This document shows positions 54,230 to 62,426 of a stretch of 64,000 nucleotides of DNA, in pieces. The stretch is from an uncultured Phycisphaerales bacterium (GTDB lineage Bacteria; Planctomycetota; Phycisphaerae; Sedimentisphaerales; Anaerobacaceae): the NCBI GenBank assembly GCA_963772725.1, contig CAVYYI010000001.1:960001-1024000 (forward strand). The letters are read 5' to 3'. Made by a program: the position numbers and the translations under genes. How positions within the stretch are numbered: position 1 is the stretch's first letter; the number at the start of each line of letters is the position of its first letter. Under the pieces are notes generated by a model. That model did no database searches. It was not told the origin of the DNA and saw only the letters and a program-made list of their open reading frames with translations.

Positions 54230-55147
54230 ATGGCAATTCAAATACTATCAAATCTAAATTATCCAATAGGCAATGTCATTAACCAAGAGTTGCAGAATGC
54301 CCAAATCGCAAAAATGGCTGTCGCTTTTTTAAAATATTCCGGATTGAAAGTAATTGAACAATCCTTGGGAAAATGCTTACAAAGTAACGGCAGTGTTGAA
54401 ATTATTGTGGGCTTAGATTTCAAAACAACAGACCCTCAATCAATGCATTATTTGATTCAACTTCAAAGGCGTGTATCTAATTTGAAATTCTATTGCTATG
54501 GAGATAAGTACGAGAATAAAACTGATATTATTTTTCACCCGAAGATTTATCTTTTTCAGAGTAAAAACGAAACTACCGGTATTGTGGGAAGTACTAACTT
54601 GACAAGGGGAGGATTGCTGACAAATTTTGAGGCGAATGTTATTTTTAAAGAAAACAAGCCCATTTATTTTTCTCAGTTAGAAGCAATCTATAATTCTGTA
54701 AAATTCACGGATTCTGTTTTTGCCCCCGATGAGGAATATTTAGCTGGTTATTCAGAAGTTTATAGAGCATTTCTGCAAAATGAAGAAAAAGCCGGTAAAG
54801 ACAAAGGCATTAAGAAAGTTATAGAACAAATCCAACAGAGAGAGCAAATTTTACCCGGGACGGTTCCATCAATTAAAAGTTTGATAATACAAGTTATAAA
54901 AAATGAACAACAAGACGGGATAGATTTTGTTCCACTTCAAACGATTTATGAAAAAGTAGAAAAAATAGTCGCTGAGAAAAAACTTTCCTATAAAATGGAT
55001 ACATTTAGAAATTCTATTCGTGGTGAGCTAAACAAACATGAAATGAACAGTAAACATCCTGATAAGATGTCTTTGTTTATTCGCTCATCTGAAAGAAAAG
55101 GATATTATTCTCTGACAGAGAGGGGCAAAAAATATGAAGGTAGATGA
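54230..55147 (+). CDS. PLD/HKD-family nuclease with C-terminal HTH-like domain
   Basis: AVAF, FHPKIYLF, GSTNLT, NFEAN. Confidence 0.8.
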   Translation: MAIQILSNLNYPIGNVINQELQNAQIAKMAVAFLKYSGLKVIEQSLGKCLQSNGSVEIIVGLDFKTTDPQSMHYLIQLQRRVSNLKFYCYGDKYENKTDIIFHPKIYLFQSKNETTGIVGSTNLTRGGLLTNFEANVIFKENKPIYFSQLEAIYNSVKFTDSVFAPDEEYLAGYSEVYRAFLQNEEKAGKDKGIKKVIEQIQQREQILPGTVPSIKSLIIQVIKNEQQDGIDFVPLQTIYEKVEKIVAEKKLSYKMDTFRNSIRGELNKHEMNSKHPDKMSLFIRSSERKGYYSLTERGKKYEGR

Positions 55148-55334
55148 AGAGCATAAAAAAGGCGCTGAAAAATTAAATAATCTAAGATTACCTTTAATTA
55201 GCCGCTCTCGCTGCTATACGTTCCATCCTGATGGTGGGTGTTTATATTGTGGAAGCAAAACTTTTCGATATTATTGTTCTGCCGCCAGAAAAAAATACTA
55301 TCAATGTGAAAAGTGCAGAGGAATTAATCATTAA
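55134..55334 (+). CDS. Small zinc-ribbon protein
   Basis: CLYCGS...CEKC; overlaps the upstream gene. Confidence 0.5.
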   Translation: MKVDEEHKKGAEKLNNLRLPLISRSRCYTFHPDGGCLYCGSKTFRYYCSAARKKYYQCEKCRGINH

Positions 55335-55355
55335 CTTTTAATATGGGGTAACAAT

Positions 55356-56199
55356 ATGGGTAATGAATTAATACCAGCAACAAAAATCGCTATTTTCAGA
55401 AAGAAAGAAATCAGGAAAACTATTCATAATAACGAATGGTGGTTTTCAATAACGGATGTTGTGGAAGCTCTAACGGACAGCGCTGATACAAAGCAGTATA
55501 TCAAGAAAATGAGACAACGCGACCCTGAATTGAATTCCTACTGGGGTACAATTTGTACCCCACTTGAACTGACAGCGCCAGATGGCAAAATGAGAGAAAC
55601 AAACTGTGCCAATACCGAAGGCATTTTTCGTATAATTCAGTCGATTCCATCACCCAAGGCAGAGCCCTTTAAGCTTTGGCTGGCCAAAGTCGGCTATGAA
55701 CGGGTGACAGGAAATCGAAGACCCTGAACTCGCGACCAAACGGACACGGGCTTTATACAAAGCCAAAGGATACAGCGATGACTGGATTGAAAAACGCATG
55801 CGAGGCATCGCTATCCGCGAAGAACTTACCGACGAATGGAAAAACCACGGCGTTAAAGAAGATAAGGAATACGAAATTTTGACAGCCGAAATATCAAAGG
55901 CAGCCTTTGGTCTTACTCCCAGCCAATACAAAAAACTTAAAGGATTGAAGCGGGAAAACCTGCGAGACCACATGACTGATTTGGAACTTATTTTCTCCAT
56001 GCTCGGCGAGGCTTCAACAACACAGATTACAAAAGTTGAACATCCGCAGGGTTTTCATGAAAATAAAAGTGTTGCCAGGCGAGGCGGAAATGTTGCTGGT
56101 TTGGCAAGAAAAAAACTCGAACAGGAAACCCGTCAGAAGGTGATTACCAAAAGCAACTATCTTCAAAAACCACAAAAAAAACTTAAAGAAAGTCAATAA
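55356..56199 (+). CDS. BRO-N domain protein, frameshift near 55707
   Basis: WWFSITDVV, RIIQSIPSPKAEPFKLWLA; LRDHMTDLEL in the second ORF. Confidence 0.8.
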
Positions 56200-56201
56200 C
56201 A

Positions 56202-56639
56202 AACCTTATACTGAAAAAATTTGGGCTTTGGCTGATTAACGACATTATATGGTATAAGCCCAACGCTGCTCCATTATTACAAGGTAACCGTTGTGCTCCT
56301 TCTACTGAATTAATTTGGTTAGCAAGCAAATCCAAAAAATATTTCTTTAATTATGAGCTGGCCAGACAAATCAACGGCGGTAAACAAATGCGAAACCTGT
56401 GGATATTAAATGCATCCAGACACCTGACTGTTCACCCGACAGAAAAACCTGAAACCCTTTTACAAAGAATAATTTTGATTGGCAGCAAAGAAGGCGATAC
56501 CGTTCTTGACCCTTTTATGGGTTCCGGTACAACGGGCGTTGTGGCAAAACAATTGAACAGAAACTTTATCGGTATGGAAATTGACCCTTCATATTTTGAA
56601 CTTGCCGCCAAACGAATAGAAAATACTGAAAAAATCTAA
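56202..56639 (+). pseudogene. N4/N6 DNA methyltransferase (beta class), C-terminal fragment
   Basis: NDIIWYKPN, HPTEKP, VLDPFMGSGTT in one frame; no start codon or DPPY region. Confidence 0.8.
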
Positions 56640-56800
56640 ATTTATTTACATCATCATCTCAATCTACATACAAAATGCAAAACCCTCAACACAGTTTCTT
56701 ATAGAATATTATATATATATATTTTTTTCCTTAGCAGGCCATAAAATTGCAAGATTTTCTCCATCCTCGACAAGGCCTTCAAAGGGGAATTGTAGTTTTG

Positions 56801-57748
56801 CTATCGCGTGCGTTTTGAGTTAACTTCATATTTGTTTTTGGTCATATCCGATTTCAGGTAATCATCATCAAACAGCCGTAAGAGTTCCCATCCATCAGAA
56901 GAATCAAAAAGTAGCTTGTTATTGTTAAATTTAACGTTTAAACCATAGTCTTTCACGGTTTGTTGCAAACTATCCATCGTCAAATTTTGCAGATACGGTT
57001 TTTTTGCTATATTGTGAAGCTTAGTCATTTTAAAAATATGTCCACGACAACTTTGGGAAAATACATCAAAATTATCAACTAAATTTAAACCGGATATTTT
57101 AGTTAAGGTTTGCTCCGCTGTTTTAAGAATTTCTTCAAAAAACCGGAAAATCTTATGAAAACTACTTTTCTTAAGGATATACATTGTTTGACCATAGCTA
57201 AAACAATCAAACTCCATATCAAATAAGTATATTTTCTTTTTGAAACGGTCAAATTTATCACTGCCCATCCATACTGCAAGAGACTTTTTATTTGTCAGTT
57301 CTTTTTTCGGTGTAAAGTTTCTAAATAAAAATATCGGTTCACCTTGTGCGGGAGTTATAATGACAACATAAAACCTTAGCCCCGATATAAAATCCTCTTC
57401 TTGCTTAAAATCGGGAACAGAGCTTAACGATGATAAAGAGACAATCTGGCCCTTGATGGAATTATATACATTAAGGTCGAGATACTCTATCTCATGCGAT
57501 TCCATTTTAACACCTGAATCATAAGGTTGTAACTTTAAATCGCCCTTGTTTTTGGCCTTATTGAGTTTAAGCAGTTCTATTTGCACAATTTCAGAAAAAT
57601 CTTTTGCCAGTCCTGCCATTATTTGTAATCGCTGAAATTGAATTGTATGTTGGGAAGCGTCGAACGCTGCTAAACAAACATTAGCCTGACAAGATGATAT
57701 ATCTAAATCTAATATCATGTTTAAATTGTCTGAAATATTTTTAGTCAT
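56801..57748 (-). CDS. kwaB: Kiwa anti-phage protein KwaB (DUF4868-like)
   Basis: 315-aa soluble protein with FHKIFRF and LRLFDDDYLKS; directly behind a KwaA-like gene. Confidence 0.75.
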   Translation of the reverse strand: MTKNISDNLNMILDLDISSCQANVCLAAFDASQHTIQFQRLQIMAGLAKDFSEIVQIELLKLNKAKNKGDLKLQPYDSGVKMESHEIEYLDLNVYNSIKGQIVSLSSLSSVPDFKQEEDFISGLRFYVVIITPAQGEPIFLFRNFTPKKELTNKKSLAVWMGSDKFDRFKKKIYLFDMEFDCFSYGQTMYILKKSSFHKIFRFFEEILKTAEQTLTKISGLNLVDNFDVFSQSCRGHIFKMTKLHNIAKKPYLQNLTMDSLQQTVKDYGLNVKFNNNKLLFDSSDGWELLRLFDDDYLKSDMTKNKYEVNSKRTR

Positions 57749-57753
57749 TTTAT

Positions 57754-58266
57754 TTAATCTCCTAATTTTAGCAAAATATCGTCATCAGCCTTGATAACCT
57801 GTAGTTTCTGTCCTCGCCGTATTCTTTTTTTGCTCAAAAGCGAAAAAGTATCCCCTGCTTCATTTTCAATCTGGTATAAATGAAATCTGCACATATAAAG
57901 CATGGGGTTTATATGAATCATATTAGAGTTAATATAAAGAATACCCAATACAAAAAAGAAAATTGCAAGCCCAATTGCCTGCTTTGGGTCATCCCAAGGT
58001 ATGGCAATAAAAGGAATAATATAACTTACAATATAACTCATTGTTTCACTGTCCGCTTTACTTACTGATTTAATCTCCAGCGGCACCGTTGCCATTCCTT
58101 TCGCAAAATGAAGATAAATCATTATCCCAATTAAGCCAATAATCCCTACACCCAGAGCGGAAAACGCTACTAATTTATGCTCAGGCATAAAATGAATAAA
58201 GAAAATCACAGATAATGGGAAATATGAACTCAAAAAAAGCAGAATTCGTGTTAATAAACTTGGCAT
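57754..58266 (-). CDS. kwaA: Kiwa anti-phage membrane protein KwaA
   Basis: LFLSSYFPL, SYIVSYIIPF, HINP; four TM helices. Confidence 0.75.
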   Translation of the reverse strand: MPSLLTRILLFLSSYFPLSVIFFIHFMPEHKLVAFSALGVGIIGLIGIMIYLHFAKGMATVPLEIKSVSKADSETMSYIVSYIIPFIAIPWDDPKQAIGLAIFFFVLGILYINSNMIHINPMLYMCRFHLYQIENEAGDTFSLLSKKRIRRGQKLQVIKADDDILLKLGD

Positions 58267-58283
58267 ATTATCCTAATTTTTCT

Positions 58284-58532
58284 TTAATGTTCCCTATCTT
58301 TTGGCGGGCAAGGGTCGTTTCCGGGTGGGATTGTATCCTTGCTTCGGAATTTTCCATCAAGCCCTTTTATTATAAGTTCTCCGCCGCCCTGATTACCGAG
58401 CATTTCTTTTGCTGCCTTTTCAGCAGCCCCTTGAGTGTCGTGTAAACTGGATGCCTTGTCTGCATCATTTCTTTTGTTAGCCCATTGACCATCTTCATTC
58501 CGGAATACTATCCGGTCTCTGCCTTTACTCAT
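58284..58532 (-). CDS. DUF2188 family small protein
   Basis: GQWANKR, KASSLHDTQ, ELIIKGLDGKFRSKDT, NDPCPPKD; RBS AGAAAGGA. Confidence 0.8.
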   Translation of the reverse strand: MSKGRDRIVFRNEDGQWANKRNDADKASSLHDTQGAAEKAAKEMLGNQGGGELIIKGLDGKFRSKDTIPPGNDPCPPKDREH

Positions 58533-58675
58533 AATTATAATCCTTTCTAAAAATAACACTAACTTCTTATTTTCCGGAAAACTGCGAGATTAAAGGCGAG
58601 AAGTCCCCAAAAGGAAACGCATTTCGAGGATTGCTGAGCCTCATGCTCCGTAACTATCCTTATTCAATTTTTATT

Positions 58676-58697
58676 AAAAACTCAGCTTTTGGCCGAG
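58676..58697 (-). terminator. Intrinsic terminator-like hairpin after the tRNA-like RNA
   Basis: CTCGGC-CAAAA-GCTGAG-TTTTT. Confidence 0.6.
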
Positions 58698-58702
58698 GTT
58701 GT

Positions 58703-58786
58703 TTTCCTTAGTGGGAGTCGAACCCACACGCCTTTTCAGGTAGATGGTTGGCAACCATCCGCGTATGCCGATTCCGCCATAAGGCC
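58703..58786 (-). tRNA. Atypical or pseudo tRNA: Leu-type body, GCC (Gly) anticodon, unpaired acceptor end, no CCA
   Basis: GGCCTTA-TG-GCGGAATCGGCATACGC-G-GATGG TTGCCAA CCATC-TACCTGAAAAGGCGT-GTGGG TTCGACT CCCAC-TAAGGAA-A. Confidence 0.8.
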
Positions 58787-58822
58787 AAATTTTTATAATG
58801 GCAATTTATTGAAAAATAAAAG

Positions 58823-58838
58823 TGCAAATCCCGTGCCA
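58823..58838 (-). promoter_or_regulatory. sigma54 -24/-12 promoter
   Basis: TGGCACG-GGAT-TTGCA, an exact match to TGGCACG-N4-TTGCW. Confidence 0.75.
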
Positions 58839-59073
58839 GCTTATATGGCAAAACGAGATTATTACTAACTCCTTTAAATATAAGGTTTTCGGACTTTTAA
58901 TATTTTTTGTGACTATTATTATTCTGCCTTCCTGACATAATCGAATCAAAATACCCTGCCAAAACAGCACTTAATAATCCAAAATTGCCAATAATAAAGG
59001 TGTTTAACTTAAGACTGTTTCCTCCGTTCAAAAAGGCATTTTTTCGAGCGGTTTAACACCTCTATCATAATAG

Positions 59074-59100
59074 GGCGTTATTCCCTGAGAAAATGTGTCA
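59074..59100 (-). promoter_or_regulatory. Putative ECF-sigma promoter TGACACA-N16-CGCC
   Basis: Lies within a ~105-bp segment homologous to 36650-36755. Confidence 0.4.
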
Positions 59101-59246
59101 GAAAAATATCAATTTTTCAAAAATTTCTCATTTTTACGAAAAAATGTTAAAATGGGCAAAATAGCAGCTGGTCGTTAGTCATTTAGTAAAATCAGCGTAT
59201 AGCGGGCAGCGTATAGTCATTTCCGATTTCCGATTTTGGATTGAAT

Positions 59247-59658
59247 CTGTGTTTTTTGCATGACTTTAAAAAGTGCGGCTTGTCTTTATACCGCACGGCG
59301 GACGAAGGCGAATCCTGCGTTTAAGCTCGCTTAAATAAGCAGGGTTTGTCAAGAACGCCAAAGACAGGCAAAAACAGTGGCTAAAAAACAGAACTCAGAA
59401 TACAGAACCCAGAAATCAGAATAAAACCAAAAAAATCAGCGTCATCAGCGAAATCAGTGATTAAAGAAAGTCGTTAGTAGTTAGTCGCTGGTCATTAGTC
59501 AAAATTTATCGGCCTTTAGTTCGTCGTGCGTTGTGTGTATTGCGTTGTGCGTATTGCGTATTGCGTCATGAGTATTGCGTATTGCGCCATTTGACGCTTC
59601 ACGCTTCACGAACGACGCACGACGAAAAAGGCAACCGCCTTTTTAACACTGAAAACGC
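59247..59658 (+). repeat. 412-bp non-coding element, copy 2
   Basis: Reverse complement of 28734-29145 with 6 substitutions. Confidence 0.95.
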
Positions 59659-59702
59659 CGCTTTTTAAGCGAAAAGTCCGATATATCGAATTTAATAAGT
59701 CA

Positions 59703-60215
59703 TATATGAAGCTTCATATTTCAAATATGAAGTTTCATCTGTCGAATATGAAGCTTTAGAAATCAAATATTAAGCTTCATATTTAATATATTAAGCTTGA
59801 TATGTCGCATATTAAGCTTCATTTTTCATATATGAAGTTTCATCTGTCGTATATGAAGCTTCATAAGCCGTATATGAAGTTTGATATTTCGTATATGAAG
59901 CATCATCTGTCATATATTAAGCTTCATTTTTAATATATGAAGCTTCATATTTCATTTTTATTTAGTAAAAATCGTTTAGACCTGGTAAAAATCATTCATG
60001 TTTAGTAAAAATGGCTTTTGAAGTATCGAATGTCGTTTAAACTAAGCAAAAATCATTTTAACTTAGTAAAAATCGTTCCTGCTTAGTAAAAACGGTTTTT
60101 GAAATATCGAACGTCGTTTAGACTGAGTAAAAATCATTTTCCCTTAGTAAAAATCGAATATGATATATCAAACGTCATTAAGACTTAGGAAAAATCGAAT
60201 TTCAAGCATCAAACA
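59703..60215. repeat. Array C: 12 x 21-bp units (59703-59954) followed by a 20/21-bp-period block
   Basis: Consensus tatatgaagcttcatatttca with palindrome ATATGAAGCTTCATAT; then ttagtaaaaatc units. Confidence 0.92.
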
Positions 60216-60319
60216 TTAAATCCTGCCTGCTGCGGCGGGCGCAGCGGGTCTGGATTAGTGCTTTTTGTCTTATACGACGCTATACGCTCCACGCTGTACG
60301 CTTTTCCTGCGTCTTGCGC

Positions 60320-60715
60320 TTATCCGAGGAAATTTTCCGGCAGGCGTTCATCGTATTCGCCGCCGGATAAACTTTCGCAAACCTGATAAACATTAAGCGA
60401 ATGCATGTGGTTGCGCCTGTACATAGCGCACTGAGGCCGATTTTGCGTACAGCCTATTGAGATATCCGCGGCCTGACAACGCATATAACTGTTATATATG
60501 CAGGATGAAACCCTGCAAGCCCCCACTCCCGCGGCCCCGAGGTCTTCTCTTTTGTTCTTGGTCATAAACCTGCAGAAAGTGCTGCAGGCCGGTCGTTCAC
60601 CATCACCGATAGTTATCGCCGTCGCGTGACAGGTATTATCGATATTATAATCGCAGCTGGCCATCTCGCATTTCGTAATTTTAGACATTGCCATATTTAT
60701 GCTCCTTTTTCTCAT
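60320..60715 (-). CDS. DUF1540 domain protein (two Cys-rich repeats)
   Basis: C...C.YN....C.A..I.IG......C occurs twice. Confidence 0.75.
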   Translation of the reverse strand: MRKRSINMAMSKITKCEMASCDYNIDNTCHATAITIGDGERPACSTFCRFMTKNKREDLGAAGVGACRVSSCIYNSYMRCQAADISIGCTQNRPQCAMYRRNHMHSLNVYQVCESLSGGEYDERLPENFLG

Positions 60716-60724
60716 TATTCAGCC

Positions 60725-60940
60725 TCATGCGTGTTTGACAGCAACATTCGGACTGTAAATTTCTTTTTCAGCTCCGTCACCGCGGTGTATCGCCTCATAA
60801 ATCTCCTTGCGATGAACCGGTATGTTCTTTGGAGCGTTTATACCCAGCCGAACCTTTTTGCCCCGCACGTCAACTATTGTTATTTCAACATCTTGCCCAA
60901 CCATAATTGACTCATCTCTGTATCTGCTTAGAACTAACAT
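60725..60940 (-). CDS. csrA: Carbon storage regulator
   Basis: MLVLSR..DESI, VRLGINAP, VHRKEIY. Confidence 0.93.
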   Translation of the reverse strand: MLVLSRYRDESIMVGQDVEITIVDVRGKKVRLGINAPKNIPVHRKEIYEAIHRGDGAEKEIYSPNVAVKHA

Positions 60941-61367
60941 TTTCAGCTCCTTCTTTACTCCTCCCTGCCGGGTTTGCCAGCACCGCATCGCAGAACTGAC
61001 AAGCCCGTTTTGGAGGAGGAGTGTGATGAACATTATTTAAGACGCTGTGCATAATATTTTTCCAAAAATAGCCGTCTTCCATTTCCTTTCTTTTGCTTCC
61101 TTTTAATGTTCATCTTAACAACGCCGTCCAAATTGTAAATCGGGGCAATAACTGTTTTTATCATAAGCTTAGCCGCCCACTTTTCATATAGGCAAATGTA
61201 CTATAAATGACTACGCAAAAAGCTCATTTTATAGGACACCGATTCTGTTTCTTTATTGTGCAAACGGCATTTTTCCATTGCCATTTACGCAGCAAGTCTG
61301 TAATCTTCAGAAAGTTTGGATGCATTGTAATTGAGTTTGAGACTGATTTTTGCAAAGGATTGCGGCA

Positions 61368-62327
61368 ATGGCTGTTCTGGTGGGTATAGATGAAGCTGGT
61401 TTTGGCCCGATTTTGGGGCCGCTTGTTGTTTCCTCCAGCACTTTTTCAGTTCCTGACAATCTTCTTAAAGCCAATCTCTGGGAGCAGTTACGAAAAAGCG
61501 TATCAGCCCAGAGAAAGCATCTCGCCGGACGCCTGCTCATCGCCGACAGTAAAAAGGCTTACAGCAAAACCATCGGTATAAAGCACCTTGAGCGGACAGT
61601 TCTCGCCTCTCTGAAATGCCTCGGCTATGAACCTGCCGCCCTGCCGGAACTTATGACGGCTCTGTGCCCGCAAAACTGCGGGCATCTTAGCGAATATCCA
61701 TGGTATCAGAACGTAGCGAACCACTATTTAGCCGCCAATAAAGCCGATATCGAAATCGCCGCCTCGGCATTTAAGAATGATTTAACCGAAAACAATATTA
61801 AACTGCTCAACCTGGCGAGTTTCAGCCTCGATGTCGCCCAGTACAATAATATGGTCAGCAACGTAAAAAATAAGGCTAACGTGCTTTTCTCCGTCGTTTC
61901 AACGCTAATAAAACGGGCCTATGATAAATTCGCAGGCGAAACTCTCCAGATAATAATCGACCGCCAGGGCGGCCGCGAGCATTATCGCAGCAATCTCCAG
62001 CGAATGTTCCCGGATATGGAACTGAAGATTCTTCTCGAAACCCCCGGCACAAGCAGTTACGAACTCACCGCCGGCGGCAAAACTATGAGGCTGCATTTTA
62101 CCGTCGCCGCTGACGACAGATTCCTGCCCGTCTCGCTTGCCTCGATGGTCAGCAAATATCTGCGCGAACTAATGGTCGAAAATATAAACCGTTATTTTAC
62201 CGCCTTTCACGCCGAACTCAAGCCGACCGCCGGCTACTGGCAGGACGGCCTGAGATTTATAAACGATATCAAAACCTTTATTCCGCACGTAACTTTTGAC
62301 AACAATCTTCTCATCCGATGCAGATAA
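61368..62327 (+). CDS. RNase HII-like protein
   Basis: GIDEAGFGPILGPLVV, DSKK, DRQGG, VSLASMVSKYLRE. Confidence 0.75.
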   Translation: MAVLVGIDEAGFGPILGPLVVSSSTFSVPDNLLKANLWEQLRKSVSAQRKHLAGRLLIADSKKAYSKTIGIKHLERTVLASLKCLGYEPAALPELMTALCPQNCGHLSEYPWYQNVANHYLAANKADIEIAASAFKNDLTENNIKLLNLASFSLDVAQYNNMVSNVKNKANVLFSVVSTLIKRAYDKFAGETLQIIIDRQGGREHYRSNLQRMFPDMELKILLETPGTSSYELTAGGKTMRLHFTVAADDRFLPVSLASMVSKYLRELMVENINRYFTAFHAELKPTAGYWQDGLRFINDIKTFIPHVTFDNNLLIRCR

Positions 62328-62426
62328 TCAATTTATCACAACCTTCGTGAATAATAAATTTTGTTGTAACTGCGGCGGCGCAAAATATAATATGGGCCTG
62401 TTTTGAATTAAAAATGGAGCAATTAA

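Noticed and set aside
1308..56199. Frameshifts in lipB, DUF1080, cbiM, gcvT, gcvPA, gcvPB, FN3, trpD, trpF and BRO as programmed frameshifting or mass pseudogenisation
   Set aside because: These are scattered single indels in otherwise intact genes with no shared slippery motif, so assembly error is the simplest explanation; read polishing would settle it.
58703..58786. Ordinary tRNA-Gly or integration-site tRNA
   Set aside because: The body is type II Leu-like with an unpaired acceptor end; I saw no integrase and no duplicated 3' end in the window.
59703..60215. CRISPR array interpretation of arrays A, B and C
   Set aside because: Units are contiguous and degenerate with no unique spacers, and there are no cas genes in the window.
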